Shown: piece by piece, positions 1 through 9,780 of the stretch
Layout: each line of letters begins with the position of its first letter
Numbering within the stretch: the stretch's first letter is position 1
Source of the DNA: an uncultured Candidatus Saccharibacteria bacterium
Lineage (GTDB): Bacteria; Patescibacteriota; Minisyncoccia; UBA6257; UBA9933
DNA length: 55,387 nt
Assembly (NCBI GenBank): GCA_964453135.1
Contig: CAYVOL010000006.1
Coordinates: forward strand, 1 to 55,387
Direction: 5' to 3'
The notes under the pieces: generated by a model
What the model was told of the DNA's origin: nothing
What the model saw: only the letters and a program-made list of their open reading frames with translations
Database searches by the model: none
Position numbers and translations under genes: made by a program

Positions 1-52
1 AGTACGTGCGCTTCGGGTGCGTAAAGACTGGGTTCGATTCCCAGCAGCCCGA
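1..52 (+). tRNA. tRNA-Pro(CGG), 5'-truncated by the window edge
   Basis: Anticodon arm TGCGC-TTCGGGT-GCGTA, T-arm CTGGG-TTCGATT-CCCAG, 3' acceptor strand CAGCCCG-A. Confidence 0.85.
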
Positions 53-86
53 CAAAAAACATTATAAAAATTTAACCTCTTTCAAT

Positions 87-1352
87 ATGTTCAAAAAAAT
101 TACTTTGGAAAACGGATTAAGAGTCGTTTTGGCGCCGCAAAAAGAAAGTTTGTCCACCACTGTTTTAGTTTTGGTGGAAGCCGGCTCTAAATACGAAAAC
201 AAAGAGATTAACGGCATATCCCATTTTTTGGAGCATATGTGCTTTAAGGGCACAAATAAGCGTCCGCATCCGGCTGATGTGGCTGTTGAATTGGATGGCA
301 TTGGCGCTCACTACAACGCCTTCACTGGTTTGGAAAATACCGGGTATCATATTAAAGCCAAAAACGAGCATTTGGACAAAATCCTTGACGTTGTTTCTGA
401 TATGTATCTAAACCAAAAATTTGACGCTGTAGAAATTGATAAAGAAAGAGGAGTAATCATCGAAGAAATCAACATGATAAATGACGACCCGCGCCGGAAA
501 ATAGCCGATTTATTTTTGGAGCTTCTTTACGGCGACCAGCCCGCGGGCTGGGATGTTGCCGGAACCAAAGAAGTTATTAAAAAATTAGCCCGAGATAATT
601 TCATCAATTATCGCGATCAGCATTATCTGGCTCAGTCCACTGTTATCGCTATCGCGGGAACGTTCAGTGAAAAAGAAGCTTTGGAAAAAATAGAGCATTA
701 TTTTTCCGGGCTGGCTTCTTCGTCTAAAACACCCAAAATTAAAACCATAGAAAAACAGGATGGTCCTGCCATCACCGTTCATCATAAGGACACAGATCAA
801 AGCCATATTATTTTAGGAGTCCGGTCTTTTGACGTATTTGACGAGCGGCAATATATTTTGGAAGTTTTAACCGATATTCTGGGAGGGGGAATGAGTTCCC
901 GTCTTTTTCAAAAAGTGCGCGAAGAAATGGGTGCCGCTTATTATGTCTACGCTTCCAATGATTTGTATTCCGACCATGGCTATTTCGCCGTTTCCGCCGG
1001 AGTCGATAACAACAGAATAGAAAATGTTATCCAGGCGATTTTAGGCGAGTTGAAAAAGGTTTCCAGTGAACAGGTGAGTGAAGAAGAATTGCGGAAATCC
1101 AAAGAGCATTTAGTGGGCAGTTTGGCTATCAGCCTGGAAACCTCCAATTCTTTGGCCGGCTTTTACGGCGGGCAGGAAATTACTTTGAAAAAAATCCTTA
1201 CTCCCGAGGAAATTATGAAAAAAATTCAGGCGGTTACCAGTCAAGAGATAAAAGAAGTAGCGCAAGAGATTTTCCAAAACAACAGATTGAATTTGGCGGT
1301 CCTTGGGCCGTTTAAAGACAAGGAAAAATTCGAGAAGATTTTTAAACTTTGA
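87..1352 (+). CDS. M16 family (pitrilysin-like) zinc peptidase
   Basis: HFLEH (HxxEH) inverted zincin motif, NAFT, LGGGMSSRLF; start moved to ATG at 87 because the longer ORF overlaps the tRNA. Confidence 0.93.
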   Translation: MFKKITLENGLRVVLAPQKESLSTTVLVLVEAGSKYENKEINGISHFLEHMCFKGTNKRPHPADVAVELDGIGAHYNAFTGLENTGYHIKAKNEHLDKILDVVSDMYLNQKFDAVEIDKERGVIIEEINMINDDPRRKIADLFLELLYGDQPAGWDVAGTKEVIKKLARDNFINYRDQHYLAQSTVIAIAGTFSEKEALEKIEHYFSGLASSSKTPKIKTIEKQDGPAITVHHKDTDQSHIILGVRSFDVFDERQYILEVLTDILGGGMSSRLFQKVREEMGAAYYVYASNDLYSDHGYFAVSAGVDNNRIENVIQAILGELKKVSSEQVSEEELRKSKEHLVGSLAISLETSNSLAGFYGGQEITLKKILTPEEIMKKIQAVTSQEIKEVAQEIFQNNRLNLAVLGPFKDKEKFEKIFKL

Positions 1353-1381
1353 TTTCGTTGATTTGACGATTAACGTTATCC

Positions 1382-2032
1382 ATGATTATTATCCCGGCTG
1401 TTAATTGCAATAATTTTTCTTGCGTGAAAAGAAGGATTAAAAAAGCCGCGGAATTTTTGCCTAAAAACAGCTGGCTGCAGATTGACGTAAGCGATGGCCG
1501 GTTTAGCGATGTGAAAACTTGGAACAATCCGGAAGAATTAAAAAAATGGCTGGCGAAAAATAAAATTAATAAATTTAATTTAGAGGCGCATTTAATGGTT
1601 GACGACCCTCAAGAAGAAATCAAGAAATGGCTTAAAGCCGGAGCTTCCCGAATCATCGTTCATTTGGAAACGCGAGAAAAAAATAATTTCAAAGAATTAT
1701 CCAAGAAATTGTCTTTGGGAAAGCACAAGTTCGGAATAGCTTTGAAGCCGGAGACTCCGGCAAAAAAAATAGCTCCTTATTTGAAATATGTAAAACTGGT
1801 TCAGCTTTTGGCTGTCCCAGCCGGCTACTCGGGAAAAAATTTTAACGAAGATGTTTTAGAAAAAATAAAATATCTGAAAAAAAATTATCCGGAAATAAAA
1901 ATTGAAGTAGACGGAGGCATCAATAACCGCACCGTCAAATTAGTAAAAAAAGCCGGAGCTGATATGGCTGTCTGCGGTTCATATCTTTTTGGAAGAGGCA
2001 ATTTCAAGAAAAGATATATAAGTTTATTTTGA
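1382..2032 (+). CDS. rpe: ribulose-phosphate 3-epimerase
   Basis: QIDVSDG, EAHLMV, IEVDGGIN, VCGSYLF motifs. Confidence 0.88.
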   Translation: MIIIPAVNCNNFSCVKRRIKKAAEFLPKNSWLQIDVSDGRFSDVKTWNNPEELKKWLAKNKINKFNLEAHLMVDDPQEEIKKWLKAGASRIIVHLETREKNNFKELSKKLSLGKHKFGIALKPETPAKKIAPYLKYVKLVQLLAVPAGYSGKNFNEDVLEKIKYLKKNYPEIKIEVDGGINNRTVKLVKKAGADMAVCGSYLFGRGNFKKRYISLF

Positions 2033-2080
2033 TTTGTTTCTTGATTGTGGATAACGAGAGGATAGCTTAATTATATTATT

Positions 2081-2128
2081 TCCCCCAGCAAAAAAGCCTT
2101 GATTTTTCAAGGCTTTTTTGCTGGGGGA
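2081..2128. terminator. perfect 22-bp inverted repeat, terminator-like hairpin
   Basis: TCCCCCAGCAAAAAAGCCTTGA / TCAAGGCTTTTTTGCTGGGGGA. Confidence 0.65.
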
Positions 2129-2170
2129 GAACATCTTCTATCTCTGACTTTCCCATTGACTTTATCAGCT

Positions 2171-2220
2171 TTGTGGAGCAAAATGTAATGAAAGTGGTGA
2201 ATTGTGGATAATTATGGGGA
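2171..2220 (+). promoter_or_regulatory. putative MraZ-binding direct repeats (GTGG boxes at about 10-bp spacing)
   Basis: GTGG at 2173, 2194, 2204 and ATGG at 2214, directly upstream of mraZ. Confidence 0.65.
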
Positions 2221-2267
2221 TAAGGTTGAATATTAGGGGATAAGTCAGATTAAAAAATCTTACGAAA

Positions 2268-2699
2268 ATGTTATTAGGAGAATTCAAACACAATTTGGAT
2301 ACTAAAGGGAGAGTGGCTTTGCCGGTAAAATTCAGAAATAAATTAGGAGCCGGCGCCATAATTACGCGCGGTTTGGACCATTGCCTTTTTGTTTTCGCGC
2401 ACAAAGAGTGGGAAACGCTGGCGCAAAAATTAATGGCTCTTCCTTTGGCTCAAGCAAACTCGCGCGCTTTTTCCCGATTGATGTTGGCTGGAGCCAGTGA
2501 TGTGGAAATAGACAAGCAGGGAAGAATTTTAATCCCAGACTATTTAAGAGAATACGCCGGGCTTAAAAAAGAAACAGTGATAACCGGCTTATACAATCGC
2601 ATGGAAATTTGGGACAAAGAGGAGTGGCAGAAATATAAACAAAAGACAGAAACCGAATCGGATGAAATAGCGGAGAAATTGGGAGAATTGGGGATATAG
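2268..2699 (+). CDS. mraZ: division/cell wall cluster transcriptional repressor MraZ
   Basis: Two DxKGR/DKQGR AbrB-like repeats; upstream of rsmH. Confidence 0.97.
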   Translation: MLLGEFKHNLDTKGRVALPVKFRNKLGAGAIITRGLDHCLFVFAHKEWETLAQKLMALPLAQANSRAFSRLMLAGASDVEIDKQGRILIPDYLREYAGLKKETVITGLYNRMEIWDKEEWQKYKQKTETESDEIAEKLGELGI

Positions 2700-2781
2700 C
2701 AAAAGGAATTGCCGAGAAATTGGTTTTTGTCGGTTGCCGACCACAACTGATAAGGACTAGTTTCTTGGCAGAGAATAAAAA

Positions 2782-3723
2782 ATGCATAAGCCTGTTTTAG
2801 TAAAAGAGGCGTTGGAAATTTTAAATCCGCGGCCGGGAGAGTTTTTCATAGACGGAACAGCGGGAAGCGCCGGGCACGCTGCAGCGGTTTTGACAAAGAT
2901 TTTGCCGGAAGGAAGTTTTCTGGCAGTTGATTGGGATGCGCAGTCATTGTCAAAGGCGAGAGAGAAAATTATTTCGGAATTCGGGCAAGACAAGAAATTG
3001 GACAGAAAATTAAAAATTTATTTTGCCCAGGGAAATTACGCGGATTTGCCGGAAATTTTAAAAAATAATAATTTGCCGGAAGCCGACGGACTGCTGATTG
3101 ATTTGGGATTTTCTTCGGAACAGTTGGAAGGATCTGGAAGGGGTTTTAGTTTTCTCAAAGACGAACCGTTAGATATGAGATATCATGCCGGAGCGAAAGG
3201 CGAAGAAATAATTATTACCGCCGCAGAAGTTGTTAATAGTTTCAGCGAGAAAGATTTGGCCGATATTTTGTGGAAATACGGAGAGGAAAGATATAGCAGG
3301 AAGATTGCTAAAAAAATAACAGAGACAAGAAAGAGAAAAAAAATTTTAACAACCTTTGATTTGGCGAGAGTCATAAGAGAAGCTGTGCCGAAACATTACG
3401 AGAGAGGACGGATTCATCCCGCTACGCGCGTTTTTCAGGCTTTGAGGATCTTTGTTAATCGCGAGCTGGATAATTTAGAAATGTTGTTGAAAAACCTTCC
3501 TCGGATTATCAAGCCAGGCGGCCGTGCGGCTATTATATCGTTTCATTCTTTGGAGGACCGGCTGGTGAAAAATTATTTCAGGCAGATGGCCAAAGACAAT
3601 CAGGTGGAAATTTTAACCAAAAAACCGATAACAGCTGGCGAAGATGAAAGAAAAGAAAACCCGCGCAGCCGTTCCGCCAAACTCCGCGCCATAAAATTAA
3701 ATACTCAAAGTTCAAAGTTATAA
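2782..3723 (+). CDS. rsmH: 16S rRNA m4C1402 methyltransferase RsmH (MraW)
   Basis: HKPVL, DLGFSS, PLDMR, HPATRVFQALRI, SFHSLED, NPRSRSAKLR. Confidence 0.97.
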   Translation: MHKPVLVKEALEILNPRPGEFFIDGTAGSAGHAAAVLTKILPEGSFLAVDWDAQSLSKAREKIISEFGQDKKLDRKLKIYFAQGNYADLPEILKNNNLPEADGLLIDLGFSSEQLEGSGRGFSFLKDEPLDMRYHAGAKGEEIIITAAEVVNSFSEKDLADILWKYGEERYSRKIAKKITETRKRKKILTTFDLARVIREAVPKHYERGRIHPATRVFQALRIFVNRELDNLEMLLKNLPRIIKPGGRAAIISFHSLEDRLVKNYFRQMAKDNQVEILTKKPITAGEDERKENPRSRSAKLRAIKLNTQSSKL

Positions 3724-3743
3724 GTTAAAAACTAATTTCAAAA

Positions 3744-4064
3744 ATGACCATTATTCATTCTCCTAAAACAAATAAAAAAGAAAAAATAATTGCCGGAGCG
3801 TTGGCTGCTTTATCAATTCTTATTATTTTTATCGGCTTGGCGCTTTACAATGGCATAGTTAATTTGCGCCATGATATTTCCAGAGAAAAAATATCACTGA
3901 GGGAAGTTGAAGTGAAAAACGCGGAATTTAAGGATAATTTTTATTCTCTCGCCAACATCAGCAAAATCAAAACCATAGCGGAAGAAAAATCTCTTGTTTT
4001 GGAAAAAAATCCTTCCTATGTTAAAATAAACAATAATTATCAGCTGACGAGCAGCCGACCCTGA
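3744..4064 (+). CDS. FtsL-like cell division protein
   Basis: Single TM plus coiled coil, located between rsmH and the PBP gene (ftsL position). Confidence 0.6.
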   Translation: MTIIHSPKTNKKEKIIAGALAALSILIIFIGLALYNGIVNLRHDISREKISLREVEVKNAEFKDNFYSLANISKIKTIAEEKSLVLEKNPSYVKINNNYQLTSSRP

Positions 4065-4136
4065 TTGGAATTTTGGCTGATGCCGCTTCCGCGGAGAGTC
4101 TTTGAAAATAAAATTTGATTGAAGGAGTCCATAACC

Positions 4137-5834
4137 ATGAGACGGCGTTTTTTTATTTCAACTTTAACATCGCAATGGCGTTTTTATTTTTTAATTTTAG
4201 GATTTTGCTCTTTTTATTTTCTTTTAGTTTTTAACCTTTATGATATCCAATTTAATAAAAGGGCTGTTTATGAAACTCTGGCGGAAAACCAACAATTAGC
4301 CAGCGGAGCCCTGGCTCCTTTTAGGGGAAATATTTATTTTACCGATAAAAATAATGGCAAAATCCAGGCCGCTATAAACAAAGATTATCTTTTGGTCTAC
4401 GCTGTTCCCAAAGAAGCGCAGCAGCAGAATTTCAGCTCTTCCAGCGCGCGTTTTTATGCGGAAAAACTTTCTTCTGTTTTAGGAGTTCCTGTTTCGGAGA
4501 TAGAAAAAAAATTAAATAACAAAGGCAGTCTTTTTGAGCGGTTGCTTGTTAAAGCAAGCGACGCGCAGGCGCAAGCGATAAAAGATTTGAATTTGAAAGG
4601 AATTTACGCAAAAAAACAAACGGAAAGGTTTTATCCCAACGGAACTTTGGCGAGTAATTTACTGGGCTTTGTCGGATTCAGCGATGAGGGAGATGATTTA
4701 AATTCTCAGACAGGACGTTATGGGATTGAGAAATTTTTTGAAAAAAATTTAAAAGGCGCTCCCGGAAAAATTGACGGCGATAAAATAGTTTCTCCCCGCG
4801 ACGGCGATGATTTGTATCTGACCATTGATATGAATATCCAGACGCAAGCCGAGGAGATTTTGAAAAAACTTATTGACCAGTGGCAGGCGACCGGCGGCAA
4901 TATCATTGTTCAGGAGCCGGCTACGGGGAAAATTTTAGCTTTGGCGGATATACCTGATTTTGACCCGAACAACTATTCCCAATATCCTCTAGAGAATTTC
5001 AAAAATCCGGCGGTTCAATCGCTTTATGAACCGGGCTCGGTTTTTAAGTTATTTACTATGTCGGCCGGCATTGACAGCGGAAAAATAATGCCGGAAACGT
5101 CCTATGTTGACACCGGCTCGGTTGTTCTTAACGGGCGAAAAATCCAAAATTCCGACCAGAAAGTATGGGGGAAGCAGACTATGACCGGCGTGATTGAACA
5201 TTCTATCAACACGGGCAGTATTTTCGCCGAACAAAAAACCGGACATAATATTTTTTCCGAATATCTTCAAAAATTTGGATTATTAGATTTGACCGGCGTG
5301 CCTTTGCCTTCGGAAATTCGGGGTAATTTTTCTAACTTAAAGTCGGGAAGAGACGTTAATTTCGCCACTGCTTCTTTCGGCCAGGGAGTTTCCATGACCC
5401 CTCTTCGTTTAATCTCTTCGGCGAGCGCCATTGCCAACAATGGAGTTTTGATGAAGCCGATTATTTTAGCTGGCGAGAAATCGGAGGTAGTACGCCGGGT
5501 TATCTCCGAAGAAACCGCCAAAAAAGTTGTTCAAATGATGGTGTCAGCCGTGAAAGTCAACAAATTAGCCGATATACCTAATTACACCGTGGCGGGAAAA
5601 ACCGGCACGGCTTACATAGCTGATCTTCAAAGAGGCGGCTATACCAAAGATGTGAACGATACTTATCTTGGATTTGCTCCGGCGTTTGCCCCTCGTTTTA
5701 TTATTCTGGTTAAAATGGAAAAACCGAAAAACGCTCCTTTGGCAGGGTTAACCGTTGTGCCGGCTTTTCGGGAATTGGCGGAATTTATTCTCAATTACTA
5801 TAACGTGGAGCCGGATAGAGCCGGCAATAACTAA
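4137..5834 (+). CDS. ftsI: class B penicillin-binding protein (FtsI/PBP2-like transpeptidase)
   Basis: N-terminal TM, RGNIY, RFYPNG, SVFK (SxxK), SIN, KTGT. Confidence 0.88.
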   Translation: MRRRFFISTLTSQWRFYFLILGFCSFYFLLVFNLYDIQFNKRAVYETLAENQQLASGALAPFRGNIYFTDKNNGKIQAAINKDYLLVYAVPKEAQQQNFSSSSARFYAEKLSSVLGVPVSEIEKKLNNKGSLFERLLVKASDAQAQAIKDLNLKGIYAKKQTERFYPNGTLASNLLGFVGFSDEGDDLNSQTGRYGIEKFFEKNLKGAPGKIDGDKIVSPRDGDDLYLTIDMNIQTQAEEILKKLIDQWQATGGNIIVQEPATGKILALADIPDFDPNNYSQYPLENFKNPAVQSLYEPGSVFKLFTMSAGIDSGKIMPETSYVDTGSVVLNGRKIQNSDQKVWGKQTMTGVIEHSINTGSIFAEQKTGHNIFSEYLQKFGLLDLTGVPLPSEIRGNFSNLKSGRDVNFATASFGQGVSMTPLRLISSASAIANNGVLMKPIILAGEKSEVVRRVISEETAKKVVQMMVSAVKVNKLADIPNYTVAGKTGTAYIADLQRGGYTKDVNDTYLGFAPAFAPRFIILVKMEKPKNAPLAGLTVVPAFRELAEFILNYYNVEPDRAGNN

Positions 5835-5865
5835 CAGCGCGCAATTTTAAAGTTATAAGAAGCTC

Positions 5866-6612
5866 ATGCAGTTAATTTTTAGATTTTTAAAAAATTTTTT
5901 GCGGAGATTGGCAAAGAAAGCGATAAGCAAACACAATCTCGATATTATTGTTGTTGTGGGAAAGCCGGAAAAATTTTTGGCGTCCGATGCGATTTGCGCC
6001 GTGTTAGCCAATAAGAGCCGCTCTTCCGATCTATTTTCTCTTCTTAAGGCGTCCATTATTTCTTTTATCCGCGGGTTTTATCGGCAAAGCAAGTATCCGG
6101 AAGTGCTAATTTTAGAATGCCGGGTTGATAAAGCGGGTGATATTAAGCATTTATTAAGTATTGCCAAGCCGAGAATCGGCGTGCTGGCCGCTATTGACGA
6201 AACGCCGCCGCAGAATTTATCGTCCAAAGACGAGGAAAGTTTTCTGAAAGAAAAAATCCGGCTGATGGAATCTTTGCCTTCTTCGGGCTTTGCGCTTTTA
6301 AATAGCGACGATAAACAATTAAGTTTAATTAGAAGCCAGACCAAAGCCAGAATTATTACTTTCGGGTTTGGCAAAGAAGCGGATATTATAATTTCTAATT
6401 TTGAAAATCGTGTTAGCGAGACGGAGGCAAAGGGCGTGTCTTTCAAAATTGAATATCAGGGAAGTTTTGTGCCAATATTTTTGAAAAATGTTTACGGGGA
6501 AAGATACGCCTATGCCGCGGCTGCCGCTTTCGGTGCGGGAATTATTTATAACCTTAATCTGGTGGAAATCGCCGAACTTTTGGAAAAAAATTATATCCCT
6601 ACGCCGCAGTAA
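5866..6612 (+). CDS. Mur-ligase (MurF-like) central domain protein, short and degenerate
   Basis: LILEC..DKAGDI..L, EK..L, LNSDD, ITFGF; no canonical P-loop and no C-terminal domain. Confidence 0.65.
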   Translation: MQLIFRFLKNFLRRLAKKAISKHNLDIIVVVGKPEKFLASDAICAVLANKSRSSDLFSLLKASIISFIRGFYRQSKYPEVLILECRVDKAGDIKHLLSIAKPRIGVLAAIDETPPQNLSSKDEESFLKEKIRLMESLPSSGFALLNSDDKQLSLIRSQTKARIITFGFGKEADIIISNFENRVSETEAKGVSFKIEYQGSFVPIFLKNVYGERYAYAAAAAFGAGIIYNLNLVEIAELLEKNYIPTPQ

Positions 6613-6731
6613 GCGAAACTTTAAAGTTAGTGGAAGAAATCGGGAAATTGTGATATTAAATTAAGGGGGCGAGATGCCTGTAAAAGATTTTATAGTTTAT
6701 CTCGACTTGTGGCATTGCGTTTCCTGCATAC

Positions 6732-6806
6732 GCCGAGTTCGTCTAGTCTGGTCTAGGACGCTAGGTTCTCATCCTGGTAACACGGGTTCGAATCCCGTAC
6801 TCGGTG
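6732..6806 (+). tRNA. tRNA-Glu(CTC)
   Basis: Acceptor GCCGAGT/ACTCGGT, anticodon arm CTAGG-TTCTCAT-CCTGG, GGTTCGAATCC. Confidence 0.93.
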
Positions 6807-6886
6807 CGTAATTTTAGCGAATTGGTCAATTTGGAATAGACGTTTAAATTTTAGTGAGAGCGCAGAATAATTTTTAAAAAGTTAGC

Positions 6887-6949
6887 ATGAATAAAAAAGA
6901 TTTAGGCGCTTTTTATACTCCGAGACATGCCGTGGATTTTTTGGGTTAA
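6887..6949 (+). pseudogene. 20-codon relic resembling the N-terminus of an amino-(N6-adenine) DNA methyltransferase
   Basis: MNKKDLGAFYTPRHAVDFLG*; GxFYTP is the typical motif X of type I/IIG/gamma-class MTases. Confidence 0.55.
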
Positions 6950-6954
6950 TTGAT

Positions 6955-7323
6955 ATGAGAATTGTGTTTATCGCGGGACCATATACCGGTGACGGAACAT
7001 TTGAAGCTATCGAACGGAATATTCGCGAAGCGGAAAAATATCAAATCGCGCTCGCGAATAGGGAAGTTGGCTTTTTCTGCGCGCATAATCACACCGAACA
7101 TTTTAGCAGTAAAAAGGGCGCAACACCGCCTGAAAAATTCTATTATGATTTGGATTTTCAATTTCTTATGCGCGTAGCCGACGCAGTTTTGGCAATGCCG
7201 AACTGGGAAAAATCATGGGGCGCAAAAAGAGAAGTGGAATGGGCGAGAGAAAAAGGAATAAAAATATTTTATCCAAAAGATCCAACAGACATCGAGGCAA
7301 TTGTTGAATGGGCGAAAGAATAA
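6955..7323 (+). CDS. DUF4406/DUF1937-like protein (nucleoside deoxyribosyltransferase-like fold)
   Basis: VFIAGPYT...DAVLAMPNWEKSWGAKREVEWA. Confidence 0.7.
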   Translation: MRIVFIAGPYTGDGTFEAIERNIREAEKYQIALANREVGFFCAHNHTEHFSSKKGATPPEKFYYDLDFQFLMRVADAVLAMPNWEKSWGAKREVEWAREKGIKIFYPKDPTDIEAIVEWAKE

Positions 7324-7427
7324 TCTATCGAATAACTGTTATTAAAAAATTGATAATGAATACGAATTTTAGCGAAAGGATTGTAAGCTATAATAATGTT
7401 GCTTAGCTTTATAAGCTATATTGAATT

Positions 7428-8156
7428 ATGAACAATATTGAGCGATCAGATAATTTAGAAATATTAACAGCCGAACAAAAGACGGAGGTATTAAAAAATC
7501 AGGTATTGGAAAAGGTAGAAAATTTAGAAAATGCCGATAAGATTTTTGAAGCCATTGACCTGTCTTTGTCTTTGCATTCTGATCAAAAAGACAGGCCCGA
7601 TGGCCCTTATGTTGATCACATATTGAGAGTGGTAAATAGACTTTTAGATCTTGGCATAACTGATTCAGACATTCTTGTTTCCTCTATTTTTCATGATTCA
7701 ATAGAAGACCAAGCTCAAAAATTGGCGGATAAAATTCCAACTTCCCAAGAACTAGAAATCAGAGAAAGGGCCCTAGAATTTTTAAGGCAAAAATACGGAG
7801 AAAAAGTAGCGGGTATCGTCAATTCTGTTACTAACCCCGAACAAATAGAAAATCTTGAACCGAAAGAATCCAATAGAGAATATGCCTTGCATATTGAGCA
7901 TGTAATTGAAGACCCCGATGTTTTCTATGTAAAATTATCTGATTTTATGGATAATGGATTAAGCTTTATGAATATTTTAGATGTTCGCCGTAAAACTAAA
8001 TTAGCCCAAAAATATCTGCCGCTTTTTGAAATGTTTATAAATAGAATTAAGAGGGATGACATGTTTTTTTCTCAAGAAAAAAAAGATAAAATTATTGAAG
8101 AGTTTTCTAATGCGAAATCTTTTGCATTAGAAATCGCCGGCGAAAGTAAGGTCTGA
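7428..8156 (+). CDS. stand-alone RelA/SpoT-type HD hydrolase (small alarmone hydrolase/Mesh1-like)
   Basis: H..Q.R..G.PY..H..RV, FHDSIED, VKLSD..DN. Confidence 0.75.
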   Translation: MNNIERSDNLEILTAEQKTEVLKNQVLEKVENLENADKIFEAIDLSLSLHSDQKDRPDGPYVDHILRVVNRLLDLGITDSDILVSSIFHDSIEDQAQKLADKIPTSQELEIRERALEFLRQKYGEKVAGIVNSVTNPEQIENLEPKESNREYALHIEHVIEDPDVFYVKLSDFMDNGLSFMNILDVRRKTKLAQKYLPLFEMFINRIKRDDMFFSQEKKDKIIEEFSNAKSFALEIAGESKV

Positions 8157-8226
8157 TTACATTAAAATCCAAAAAAATTGCACCCCTTAAATTTGACGAT
8201 CTAAGTTTTTTTGATTTATAAATAAA

Positions 8227-9012
8227 ATGATTCAAGTTAAAAATCTCACTAAAAAATTCGGAGAGTTCACGGCAGTGGACGATGTTTCCTTTGATGTTAA
8301 AGACGGAGAGGTTTTTGCTTTTCTGGGGCCCAACGGCGCGGGTAAAACAACGACCGTTAAAATGCTCACAACTTTGCTTCATCCGACCGAGGGGAAAATA
8401 ATGATTAACGGGGTTGACCCCGTGGTAGATCCCGAAGCGGCGCGCCGGTCATTCGGAATTGTTTTTCAAGATCCGAGTTTGGACGATGATTTGACCGCTT
8501 GGGAAAATATGGATTTGCACGGCGTGCTCTATGATATGCCTGACCGGGAGAGATATGTGCGCTCCGAAGAACTTTTGAAATTTGTTGACCTTTGGGATCG
8601 TAAAGATAGTTTGGTGAAAGAATTTTCCGGTGGAATGAAGCGGCGGTTGGAGATTGCCCGTGGGCTTTTGCACGAGCCGAAGATTTTTTTCTTGGACGAG
8701 CCGACATTGGGACTTGATCCGCAGACGAGGAATCATATGTGGGCGCGCATTACCGATTTGAGCAAAAACAAAAACACGACCATATTTTTTACCACGCATT
8801 ATCTTGAGGAAGCTGATAGAATGGCTCAGCGCATCGCCATCATTGACCATGGCAAGATTATTGCCATCGGAACGCCCCAGGAACTAAAAAGACAAACCGA
8901 ATCCGCATCGCTTGAAGAAGCCTTTTTGAAGCTTACGGGCAGGACAATCCGCGAGGATGAAGCCGGCGCTGTTGACAGAATGAGAACAATAAGCAAGGTG
9001 TGGAGAAGATAA
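8227..9012 (+). CDS. ABC exporter ATP-binding protein (DrrA-like)
   Basis: GPNGAGKTT, FSGGMKRR, LDEPT, TTHY. Confidence 0.95.
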   Translation: MIQVKNLTKKFGEFTAVDDVSFDVKDGEVFAFLGPNGAGKTTTVKMLTTLLHPTEGKIMINGVDPVVDPEAARRSFGIVFQDPSLDDDLTAWENMDLHGVLYDMPDRERYVRSEELLKFVDLWDRKDSLVKEFSGGMKRRLEIARGLLHEPKIFFLDEPTLGLDPQTRNHMWARITDLSKNKNTTIFFTTHYLEEADRMAQRIAIIDHGKIIAIGTPQELKRQTESASLEEAFLKLTGRTIREDEAGAVDRMRTISKVWRR

Positions 9013-9025
9013 CAAAACAAAAAAC

Positions 9026-9775
9026 ATGAAGAAGATCTACTATCTCTGGCTTCGGCAAATTAAAAAATATCTCCGTTCGCGGCCGAGGATGATCGGCTTT
9101 CTCGCTCAGCCTACTATTTTTTTAGTGATGTTCGGCTACGGCTTGGGCAACATTTTCGCCGCCGCGGGAATTAATTACTTGAATTTTTTGGCGCCGGGAA
9201 TTGTGGGAATGAGTATTATTTTCACTTCTATTTTTTCCGGCTTGGAAATGATTTTAGACCGCCAGTTCGGATTTTTGAAAGAGACATTAGTGGCGCCGAT
9301 GCCGCGCGTTGATGTGATGCTCGGCCGCACCCTGGGGACAGCCTCCGCCGCGGCGATTCAGGGAATGCTTGTTCTCATTATATCGTTTTTCTTCGGTTTT
9401 CGTCCGGCAAGCTGGCTGGCGCTCATCCCTGCGATATTCATTATGTTTTTGGTTGCTTTGGTTTTTTCCGCCATAGGCACGATTATTGGTTCGTTTCTCG
9501 ACGATATGCAGGCTTATCCGCTCATTGTTAATTTTTTAATTATGCCTCTTTTCTTTCTCGCCGGAGCGCTTTTCCCTTTACAGGGACTGCCGGACTGGAT
9601 GATGATGATTGTGCGCGTTGACCCGCTTACGTACGGCATTGACGCTTTGCGGGTTCTCCTTGCCAATATAGGCCACCATGATTTAGGATTAGGAACGGAT
9701 GTCGCGGTTTTATCCGTGATGGCGCTCGTAACTATTTGGCTCGGCGCGTATTTTTTTGAAAAAATTCAGGCATAA
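9026..9775 (+). CDS. ABC-2 type transporter permease
   Basis: About 6 TM segments, FLAPGIVGM, DRQFGFLKE, LPDW...DPLTY. Confidence 0.93.
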   Translation: MKKIYYLWLRQIKKYLRSRPRMIGFLAQPTIFLVMFGYGLGNIFAAAGINYLNFLAPGIVGMSIIFTSIFSGLEMILDRQFGFLKETLVAPMPRVDVMLGRTLGTASAAAIQGMLVLIISFFFGFRPASWLALIPAIFIMFLVALVFSAIGTIIGSFLDDMQAYPLIVNFLIMPLFFLAGALFPLQGLPDWMMMIVRVDPLTYGIDALRVLLANIGHHDLGLGTDVAVLSVMALVTIWLGAYFFEKIQA

Positions 9776-9780
9776 AATTT

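Noticed and set aside
1-86. 5' extension of the 6..1352 ORF, or a tmRNA 3' end
   Set aside because: The region folds as tRNA-Pro(CGG) with a clear anticodon arm; the peptidase starts at ATG 87.
2033-2267. Replication origin
   Set aside because: Only two DnaA boxes, no adjacent dnaA/dnaN and no clear unwinding element.
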